64,000 bases of DNA from Desulfomicrobium sp. (GTDB taxonomy: Bacteria; Desulfobacterota; Desulfovibrionia; Desulfovibrionales; Desulfomicrobiaceae), in NCBI GenBank assembly GCA_040768745.1, contig JAXGMI010000002.1, forward strand, positions 608,001 to 672,000, read 5' to 3'. Both the position numbers and the translations under genes were made by a program. Positions 41,510 to 48,710 of the stretch are shown here, one piece after another. The notes beneath the pieces are model-generated. The model did not search any database, had not been told where the DNA came from, and saw only the letters and a program-made list of their open reading frames with translations. The number at the start of each line of letters is the position of its first letter. Within the stretch, counting starts at the first letter, position 1.

Positions 41510-42329
41510 TTAACCAAAAACGTGTCAAAAAACCGTAGACCGATACATTTCGGGGAATTTGTTAAACCAAGCAAGATTGAGATCGATGTCGATGGCGTCG
41601 ACGGTCTTCTGCTGCAGAGCGGTATAGACCTCACCCCAGGCAACAGGTGTGGGGTTCATTCCGAGTGACTTGAGAATCTCGATATGCGCCTTGGAGTGGG
41701 TAGCTCGGATTTTCAGGCCTTTGGCATCCTCAAGGCTACGAATTGGCCGGCTGGAAAATATCTGCCGAAAGCCGATTTCAATATAGCCAAGACCCAGAAT
41801 GCCATTTTTTTCCAGGGACTCCGCCAATCGCGTACCGATGGGACCATCGGTGATCAGGTCCGAAGCCGCGTAGCTCGGAACAATAAAAGGCATGTCCAGA
41901 AACATCATTTGCGGGTTGAAGACCGACAGGTTATTGGTAGCGTCCGAGCCCATTTGCAGCATGTTCATCTGCAGCCCCTGAACCACCGCATCGAAATTGC
42001 CATATTTCGAGCTATCGTAGACATCTACTTTAAAGACCCCCCCGGATCTCTCCTCCAAATCCTTTTTAAAAAGCTCATAACCCTCCCCCATGGGGTGTTG
42101 GGGGACGTTCGGATGTGCAAGCTTGATGGTTTTCTGGTTGGCTGCATTGCCGTCGGCAAGGGCCCCCCCACCTACCATCATGATCAGTGCCGCCAGAATA
42201 ACTCCTAATTTCTTTGCCAATTTCATGCGCTGCTCCTCCTTAGGGTTGATAATACCGAGGTCCTCTGACTGATTTTTTGTGAGAAGATCACCTCCACATG
42301 CCCATCCTGAAGAGACGGAAAATACACGT

Positions 42330-43112
42330 TCATGATTCATTCATGGTCACAATTCCTGAAATATCGTTAGCAAGTTTGATCACCTGCCCTGCGTAGGTAT
42401 TTATGACTGATTCGACGGTATATCCATCCGCCGGCAGATCGAAGCTGATTGCCCCGGCAACCTTGTTCGTCCGGTAATTGATCAGCGGGGCGCCGATACA
42501 GATCAATCCCTGCACATATTCCTGATTATTTATTGAATACCCCTGATTGCGAATCTCTTCGATCTCCCGGAGAAGAACATCAGCCCTGTCAATGGTATTG
42601 GGGGTGAGCTTTTGTAATGGAGTCGTGGCCAGAAAGCTTTCAAGATCGCTCTGATCCATTCGGGACAGGACTGCCTTGCCAGTGGCACGAGCATGAAGAT
42701 CTTTACATGCGAGAGGTTGTCGAAAGAAGAGGGTTGAAGTCGCCTCACGTCGATAGAGTGCCAGCAGGGTTAGGCCATCGACGAGGATCGAATCTATGGT
42801 GACATTGCACAGACGGTGTGCTTCATCGATCAGCGGTTTGATCATGTGAAGCAATTCATAACCTTGAACAATAGTATGACCCAAGAGGAGAGCCTTCGGG
42901 CCGAGCCGCAAAGTTTTACTTTGCGGGTTTTTGTCCAAAAGCCCTAAAAGAACGAGGGTGTTGACCAGACGGTACGTAGAGGTTTTGTTGATCCCCAACA
43001 GTCGAGATATCTCTGATAGGGTCCAGCGACTGTGGTCCTTGTCGAAGAGATTAAGAATTGAAAGCCCCTTCTCCAGGGTTGTCGAAAAATAACCATCGGG
43101 ATCTGATGCCAT
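42330..43112 (-). CDS. IclR family transcriptional regulator
   Basis: TLEKGLSIL, LSEISRLLGINKTSTYRLVNTL, ATGKAVL and GLICIGAP. Confidence 0.92.
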   Translation of the reverse strand: MASDPDGYFSTTLEKGLSILNLFDKDHSRWTLSEISRLLGINKTSTYRLVNTLVLLGLLDKNPQSKTLRLGPKALLLGHTIVQGYELLHMIKPLIDEAHRLCNVTIDSILVDGLTLLALYRREATSTLFFRQPLACKDLHARATGKAVLSRMDQSDLESFLATTPLQKLTPNTIDRADVLLREIEEIRNQGYSINNQEYVQGLICIGAPLINYRTNKVAGAISFDLPADGYTVESVINTYAGQVIKLANDISGIVTMNES

Positions 43113-43124
43113 ATCGTTACTCCG

Positions 43125-43139
43125 TTACGATAATAGTAA
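43125..43139. promoter_or_regulatory. Candidate IclR operator
   Basis: TTACGATAATAGTAA, 6 of 7 palindromic pairs, between the promoter and the start codon. Confidence 0.45.
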
Positions 43140-43157
43140 TAAATTTACTTTATTTGA

Positions 43158-43185
43158 AGTATATGGTATTTTTTTAGTAAGTCAA
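43158..43185 (-). promoter_or_regulatory. Sigma70-type promoter of the IclR-TRAP operon
   Basis: TTGACT-N16-TATACT on the minus strand in an AT-rich tract. Confidence 0.6.
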
Positions 43186-43275
43186 TTACTTTTATTAAGC
43201 CAAAAGAAGATTCAATTGATACTGCAGATTTTCTTTGGTTTCAGATGGATATCACGGTATGTTTTCGGCGGATGC

Positions 43276-43307
43276 GAAAGCGCTCAGGCATCCGCATCTT
43301 CCACGGG
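43276..43307 (-). mobile_element. Isolated IS66 right-end remnant
   Basis: GAAAGCGCTCAGGCATCCGCATCTTCCACGGG versus GTAAGCGCTCAGACATCCGCATTTTCCACGGG at 43876. Confidence 0.75.
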
Positions 43308-43360
43308 TGTCAAACAGTATCGAATAATGACCCCGCATCGGCGTCCAATTCTGCCCCCCT
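43308..43360. mobile_element. Probable IS21-family terminal remnant
   Basis: Starts TGTCAA and carries two related units (AATAATGACCCC, AATTCTGCCCCC), as IS21 ends do. Confidence 0.45.
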
Positions 43361-43399
43361 CCGGGCGTGTCTGTAAGCATCCGGCCAAAGGCTGTGCGG

Positions 43400-43709
43400 A
43401 GGCCGCATCACCGCTACTGGCCGGACGAACAGGCAGACCTCCCGGGGTAAGACACGTTAGTGTCCCTTGGGGCTCGCCGGATTTACCCCCGCCATGTCGG
43501 AATGTGTATAGGGCATCGGAATCCATTGCTCCCTTACCCCATGACGGCAGGCCTTGTATCCGGTTTCTGTTCGTCGATCCCAAGGTCTTGTCTCGGGCTT
43601 CCTTCCCACGACTCCTCGCGATGCCGCAGCTGCCTCCGACTCGTGGTTCCGCACATCACGGCCCACAGGGGACTTGCACCCCATAACTGACGCGCCATGC
43701 CCGGCGCAC
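43400..43709 (-). ncRNA. Group IIC intron, 5' fragment (domain I and start of domain II; no RT ORF or domains V-VI)
   Basis: Begins GTGCGCCGGGCATGG at 43709; contains GGGTGCAAGTCCC, GGAAGGAAG, GAACAGAAACCGGATA, GTAAATCCGGCG and CTTACCCCGGGAGGTCT; lies right after a terminator hairpin; 3' breakpoint approximate. Confidence 0.85.
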
Positions 43710-43712
43710 AAT

Positions 43713-43754
43713 CAAAGACTTGCTGCATAAATTGCGGCAAGTCCTTTTTCTTTT
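43713..43754. terminator. Terminator-like hairpin serving as the IIC intron target
   Basis: AAAGACTTGCTGCA-TAAAT-TGCGGCAAGTCCTTTTTCTTTT. Confidence 0.7.
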
Positions 43755-43938
43755 GAAAATCAGAAAAGGCTTTTTGTCCCCCACCTGTCCCCCAAAGACA
43801 GGTTTCACGGCCCTTTTTTACCCCTATCGTCCGGACAATCGCGGCGTTTTTTGCGGCCAGATCCACGCCACCACCGTAAGCGCTCAGACATCCGCATTTT
43901 CCACGGGCGTCCCTGACCTGCGATAGAAGCAGGAGTCT

Positions 43939-45540
43939 TTACTTTTTGCGAGGCTTGGGCTTGGGAAGGCTTGGGAGAAGGGATTTGTCCACGTGCTGCG
44001 GCATGAGCGCCCGCATGTCTTCCGTGGTCCGTGCTGCGGGGAAGCGTTCGAAGAGGAATTTCAGGTAGGCTTGGGGCTCGATCTCGTTGGCCTTGGCGGT
44101 TTCCACCAGGGAAAAGAGCATGGCGCTGGCGTCAGCGCCCTTGGGGACTCCGGCAAAGAGCCAGTTCTTCCGGCCCAGGGCCACGGGGCGGATGGCGTTC
44201 TCGGCCGTGTTGTTGTCGGGCGTGAGCAATCCGCAGTCCACGTAGCGCACGGCCCGGCTCCACTGGTTGCGGGCGTAGGTCATGGCCTGTCCGAGCAGGC
44301 TTTTGGGCGGGACGTGGTCGATGCGCTCGTCGAGGATGGCCCGTATTGCGTTGAGGATGGGAACTGCTTGCTCCAAGCGCATTGGTACCTTTTCCTCCGG
44401 CTCCAGTTCTTTGATATTGTGCTCGACCTTGTAGAGCAGACCGATGAGATCCAGGATTTCCTTGGCCGTCCCGTGCGTGATCTTCTTTGAGGTCGCTTTC
44501 TGGACGTCCATGAACTTACGACGGATGTGGGCCATGCAACCGACATGGATGATGCCGTCCGATTCGCCGAGAGCCTGGTACCCGGAGTAGCCGTCGGTCT
44601 GGATGTAGCCCTTGTACTCGCCCAGATACTCCTTGGGGACAGAGCCCGACCTGGTCGGGTCGTAGCAATAGACCACGGTCGGCCGATCTGGATTGCCGCC
44701 ACGGAAGAGCCACAGATACGATGTGGAAGTATCGGATCGCCCTGGTTCGTTGAGTACTTGCAGTGTGGTTTCGTCCATGTTGATGACCGGGCCGGAGCGG
44801 ATTTCCGCCTGGAACAGTTCATGGAGCGGCTCCAGCGCCTTGGCCACGGCCATGGCCCATCCGGACATGGAATGACGCGGGATGTCCACGCCCAAGCGGG
44901 CAAACTGCTTGGTCTGGCGGTAGAACGGCATGGCATCGACGAACTTGGCGGTAATGACCTGGGCCAAGAGGCTCGGCGTGGCGATGCCCTTGGGGATGAT
45001 CTGCGGCGGCATGGGTGCGATACGCACCACCGGCATACCCTCCTCTCCGTCGCAGGCCGGACAGGCGTACTTCGGGCGGATATGGCGTTCTACCCGCATG
45101 ACGGCCGGGACGTAATCGAGCTTTTCGGAGACTTCTTCGCCGATGCGCTTCAGGCAGGCTCCGCAAGAGCAGAGTTTCTGGTCTTCGGGCAGATCGTGAA
45201 CGACTTCGATGCGCGGCAGGTGATCCGGCAGAGGCTTGCGTCCCCGCTTGGCTCTGGTGTGGGCCGGGACTTCGACGACGGGCATTTCCGCAGGCTTCGC
45301 CTCTGCGATCCTAACCAAGGGCAGAGGTAGGATGCCTTGGTAGAGGTCTTTGGATTTCTCGGACTTGGGAGCATACAGGGCGGCCTGCAACAGGGCCACG
45401 CGATCCTGGAGATGGCGGTTTTGCTGGTAGTAATCCCAGACCAGATGCTTGAGTTGCCCGATGTCATCGGGAAGGTTCTCGATGTCTCCCATGCAAGAAT
45501 ATTTAGCAATAATATCTTGAAATAGCAAGATATTTGTCAC
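43939..45540 (-). CDS. tnpC: IS66 transposase TnpC
   Basis: RKPLPDHLPR, zinc finger, MDETT, QTDGYSGY, CMAHIRRKF and DNNTAENAIRPVALGRKNWLFAG. Confidence 0.95.
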   Translation of the reverse strand: MTNILLFQDIIAKYSCMGDIENLPDDIGQLKHLVWDYYQQNRHLQDRVALLQAALYAPKSEKSKDLYQGILPLPLVRIAEAKPAEMPVVEVPAHTRAKRGRKPLPDHLPRIEVVHDLPEDQKLCSCGACLKRIGEEVSEKLDYVPAVMRVERHIRPKYACPACDGEEGMPVVRIAPMPPQIIPKGIATPSLLAQVITAKFVDAMPFYRQTKQFARLGVDIPRHSMSGWAMAVAKALEPLHELFQAEIRSGPVINMDETTLQVLNEPGRSDTSTSYLWLFRGGNPDRPTVVYCYDPTRSGSVPKEYLGEYKGYIQTDGYSGYQALGESDGIIHVGCMAHIRRKFMDVQKATSKKITHGTAKEILDLIGLLYKVEHNIKELEPEEKVPMRLEQAVPILNAIRAILDERIDHVPPKSLLGQAMTYARNQWSRAVRYVDCGLLTPDNNTAENAIRPVALGRKNWLFAGVPKGADASAMLFSLVETAKANEIEPQAYLKFLFERFPAARTTEDMRALMPQHVDKSLLPSLPKPKPRKK

Positions 45541-45890
45541 TATAGAACCGATCTGTAGTACAACCGCTGATGTGCTCCTTGCGGCGTGAGCGTGAGTCCA
45601 TCGAGGAGCCAGCCAAGCTGTTGCGGGGTGATATTCATGACCTCTGACGCCCGCTCGGGCCAGCAGAATCGATGCTTCTCCAGGCGCTTGTGCCAGAGGC
45701 AGAAGCCGTTGCGATCCCAGTACAGCACCTTGATGGCGTCGCGCCTGCGGTTGCAGAAGACAAAGAGGTGTCCGGAAAAGGGGTCCAGATCGAGAATGCC
45801 CTGGGCCGTCATGCTCAGTCTGTCGATGCCGGCGCGCATGTCCGTGGTACCGGGGGCGAGATAGACCTTGGCCGCGGGCACCCTCAGCAT
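45540..45890 (-). CDS. tnpB: IS66 accessory protein TnpB
   Basis: TDMRAGIDRL and LFVFCNRRRDAIKVLYWDRNGFCLWHKRLE. Confidence 0.93.
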   Translation of the reverse strand: MLRVPAAKVYLAPGTTDMRAGIDRLSMTAQGILDLDPFSGHLFVFCNRRRDAIKVLYWDRNGFCLWHKRLEKHRFCWPERASEVMNITPQQLGWLLDGLTLTPQGAHQRLYYRSVL

Positions 45891-46210
45891 CGGGCTTCCA
45901 GCACGGTCAGCAGCTTGGTCAGCGTGGCTTCGTCGAAGTCAGCCGGGATATCGAGAGCGTAACGCTTACCGACCAGCAGGCCAATGGACGGGGCTTTCGA
46001 GGCGAACGTAAGCGGCAACGCCACAAGAGCAGGAATTGAGGTGGATTCGCCACCAGAAGATGATCGGGACTTTGTTATCCAGTATTGGAACGTGCTCAAA
46101 GCCAAACCATTTTCGCGACAGTATCGGGTCTTGCCGAGGCCACTCTCCCGCCATTGCCGGACATGCGCCATCCAGCGTGCCGCGTGATTCTGTGCAAATT
46201 GAGATTTCAT
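45884..46210 (-). CDS. tnpA: IS66 accessory protein TnpA
   Basis: WRESGLGKTRYCRENGLALSTFQYW; GGAGG RBS before ATG 46210. Confidence 0.85.
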   Translation of the reverse strand: MKSQFAQNHAARWMAHVRQWRESGLGKTRYCRENGLALSTFQYWITKSRSSSGGESTSIPALVALPLTFASKAPSIGLLVGKRYALDIPADFDEATLTKLLTVLEARC

Positions 46211-46420
46211 GAAGACCTCCTTGAATTGGAGGCCCATTATCTCACATGAAAAATTTATGGATAGATGCGGACAGGTGAGCGCTTACAGATACCAAGCCTC
46301 TCCCACGTGGACTGCCGTTTTGAAGAGATGAAAGACGAAACCGTCGGGCCATCGCATCCAACCCATCAAACTGAGTGCAGCCATGTTGACCCGGACCGAG
46401 AGGTCCCTTTCAGACAGTCA

Positions 46421-46822
46421 TCAGTGGTCATGGCCGCGGCAGTCCCGCAGATCTTCCAGGCCCTGTCGCGAACTCGCGCATTCGTCCGTCCCGTCGGCGT
46501 TGCGGATCAGGCTCAGCGCCCTGTTCTCCATCGCCTCCAGCGCATAGGCCGCGGTCATTCCCGTGCCGCAGTAGCGGGTCACGGCAGCGTCGGCGAGCAC
46601 CTGGAAAGCCTCTTCGCTCAGTTTGCCGGCGATGAGCGCCTCACAGTCGTGATCGAGAATCGTTTTGGCCAGGGACACGTCAGACCCCTTCGCGGGAGTG
46701 TGCGGAATGACTGTGCAGCGCATGGTCTCCATGTGCACGATGAGGAGGAAGGGAGCCTGGGCGAATTCGCGGAAAACCATGCTCTCCAGGGCGTCCGATG
46801 CGGTTGTCACGGCTATGTTCAT
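46421..46822 (-). CDS. NifB/NifX-family (FeMo-cofactor-binding-like) protein
   Basis: MNIAVT...FAQAPFLLIV and CEALIAGKL; AAGGAG RBS; Cys/His-containing tail. Confidence 0.72.
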   Translation of the reverse strand: MNIAVTTASDALESMVFREFAQAPFLLIVHMETMRCTVIPHTPAKGSDVSLAKTILDHDCEALIAGKLSEEAFQVLADAAVTRYCGTGMTAAYALEAMENRALSLIRNADGTDECASSRQGLEDLRDCRGHDH

Positions 46823-46960
46823 GTGCGCTCCTTCAATGTTGGCGTTTTGTCCGTGGCTAGCATGTATCATGCCCTTACTGGCATACATGTGGCAAATGTC
46901 ATCCTGCGGAGCCCGCCCCGCCCAGGTTGCCCACCAGATGTCTTTGGAAATGGCCGCAAC

Positions 46961-47221
46961 GAAAGCGCTCAGGCATCCGCATCTTCCTGGGACGTGCCTG
47001 ATGTGTGATATGAGCAGAAGTCTTACTTCTTGCGAGGCTTGGGCTTGGGAAGGCTTGGGAGAAGGGATTTGTCCACGTGCTGCGGCATGAGTACTCGCAT
47101 GTCTTCCGTGGTCCGTGCTGCGGGGAAGCGTTCGAAGAGGAATTTCAGGTAGGTCTGGGGCTCGATCTCGTTGGCCTTGGCGGTTTCCACCAGGGAGAAG
47201 AGCATGGCGCTGGCGTCAGCG
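46961..47221 (-). pseudogene. Second IS66 copy: right end plus the last ~65 codons of tnpC
   Basis: ADASAMLFSLVETAKANEIEPQTYLKFLFERF...KPKPRKK nearly identical to the 43939 copy; end GAAAGCGCTCAGGCATCCGCATC. Confidence 0.9.
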
Positions 47222-47454
47222 GCCGGGGCACTGCAGTGCATCGGCTTCTGATTGCCGAGTTCGGGGCATTTCATGCTTTGTTTCTTTTTGACCCGCCCGA
47301 AGCAACCCGATTGTCCCCTTTTGTCCCAGTTTCGTGACCGGACTGCCCCACCCTGGGTCAGAGCCAAACGGCATAAAGTAGCGATATAAAATAATTCTCC
47401 ATATTTTCAGCAAGATAGCAAGCTAAGGAAGCCAGTCGGCTGCAACCGTGCATG

Positions 47455-47470
47455 TTGGCCTTTTTTTTGC
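47455..47470 (+). promoter_or_regulatory. Candidate sigma54 (-24/-12) promoter of the aldehyde oxidoreductase cluster
   Basis: TTGGCCTTTTTTTTGC: GG-N10-GC spacing with TGGC and TTGC. Confidence 0.45.
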
Positions 47471-47638
47471 CTACCCAACAAAGATGTGTCACCAGTGACA
47501 TAATTTATCGCAGGCTCTTCGCCCCTCTGCTGTACAGGGAGCCCCGGTCGCGATGGCGCTATTGGGCCTTGAAATATGCCATGGTTGGCATAAGACATAT
47601 GTCACAATATCTAACTGGATATAAAGTCGGGATCATCA

Positions 47639-48661
47639 ATGAAAGCCATTCCCGTTGAAGAAGCCGTCGGCACCGTTCTCTGCCACGACATCACCCGCAT
47701 CATCCCAGGGGAAAGCAAGGGCCCCGCCTTCAGGCGCGGCCACATCGTCACCCCCGACGACATTCAGTCGCTGCTGGATATCGGCAAGGAGCATCTCTAC
47801 GTCTTCGATCTCAGGGACGGATACGTGCACGAGGACGAGTGCGCCCTGCGCCTGGCCCACGCCGCGGCAGGACAGGGCATCGCCATTTCTTCCCCCAGCG
47901 AGGGCAAGGCAACCCTGTCCGCAGCCCATGACGGCGTCCTGCACATCGACGTCGAAGGGCTCCTGCGCCTCAACTCCATCACCGACGTCACCTTCGGCAC
48001 CATCCACACGGGCCAGTTCGTCAAGGCCGGTCGCGCCCTTGGAGGCACCCGGGTCATCCCCCTGGCCGTGCCGGAGGAACTCCTGCGCCAGGCCGAGGAC
48101 GTCTGCCGTCAACACGCCCCGCTGATGGAGGTCAGACCCCTCAAGTCCGCGCGCGTGGGCGTCGTGACCACGGGCAGCGAAGTCTACACCGGCCGCATCA
48201 AGGATGGCTTCGGCCCGGTGCTGCGCAGAAAATTCGAACACCTGGGCTCGACGGTCATGGACCAGACCTTCGTCTCGGACCAAGTCGGCATGACGGTCTC
48301 GGCCATCCTGGATCTCGTGCATCGCGGCGCGGACTTCATCGCGGTGACCGGCGGCATGAGCGTGGATCCCGACGACCAGACCCCGGCGGCCATCCGCCTT
48401 ACGGGGGCCGAGGTCGTCTCCTACGGTGCCCCGACCTACCCCGGCGCCATGTTCATGCTTGCCTATCTGGGCGATGTGCCCATCGTCGGCCTGCCCGGAT
48501 GTGTCATGTACTACAAGGCCAGCATCTTCGATCTGGTCGTGCCCCGTCTCTTGAGCGGGGAAAGGCTGAAACGGAAGGATATCGGAGCGTTCGGCCATGG
48601 GGGCCTGTGCGAAAACTGTCCCACCTGTCACTACCCGGCCTGCGGCTTCGGCAAGCTCTAG
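47639..48661 (+). CDS. Molybdopterin-binding protein (MoeA/MoCF-biosynthesis-like domain)
   Basis: GTVLCHDIT, VTTGSEV, TGGMSVDPDDQTP, PGAMF and GLPGCV; C-terminal CxxCxxCxxxxC. Confidence 0.85.
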   Translation: MKAIPVEEAVGTVLCHDITRIIPGESKGPAFRRGHIVTPDDIQSLLDIGKEHLYVFDLRDGYVHEDECALRLAHAAAGQGIAISSPSEGKATLSAAHDGVLHIDVEGLLRLNSITDVTFGTIHTGQFVKAGRALGGTRVIPLAVPEELLRQAEDVCRQHAPLMEVRPLKSARVGVVTTGSEVYTGRIKDGFGPVLRRKFEHLGSTVMDQTFVSDQVGMTVSAILDLVHRGADFIAVTGGMSVDPDDQTPAAIRLTGAEVVSYGAPTYPGAMFMLAYLGDVPIVGLPGCVMYYKASIFDLVVPRLLSGERLKRKDIGAFGHGGLCENCPTCHYPACGFGKL

Positions 48662-48710
48662 ATCCCACGCGAAACCTGTTTGGAACAACACGTTATTTGG
48701 AGGAATCGGA

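Larger units (their letters stand above)
40169..41547 (+). mobile_element. IS3-family insertion sequence, 1379 bp, 4-bp target duplication TTTC
   Basis: TTTC at 40165-40168 and 41548-41551; imperfect ends sharing GGTTTT..T(G)GACAC; orfA/orfB layout. Confidence 0.88.
39836..42226 (-). pseudogene. dctP: TRAP substrate-binding protein interrupted by an IS3 element
   Basis: N-terminal part 42226-41548 (signal peptide, GFRQI, KGLKIR, WGEVYTALQQKTVD...KFPE) joins in frame to ITKYVTLTRSFYSPHLVMISKKFF (40164-39836) once the IS and one TTTC copy are removed. Confidence 0.92.
43876..46286 (-). mobile_element. IS66-family insertion sequence, 2411 bp
   Basis: Ends GTAAGCGCTCAGACATCCGCAT and ATGCGGACAGGTGAGCGCTTAC; tnpA-tnpB-tnpC order; no flanking 8-bp duplication. 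Confidence 0.92.

Noticed and set aside
43216..43926. Several short ORFs in the intron / IS-end region
   Set aside because: Better explained as intron RNA and IS termini; no protein motifs.
47480..47638. Moco riboswitch call
   Set aside because: Hairpins exist but I could not match the conserved motif; kept only as an unassigned leader.
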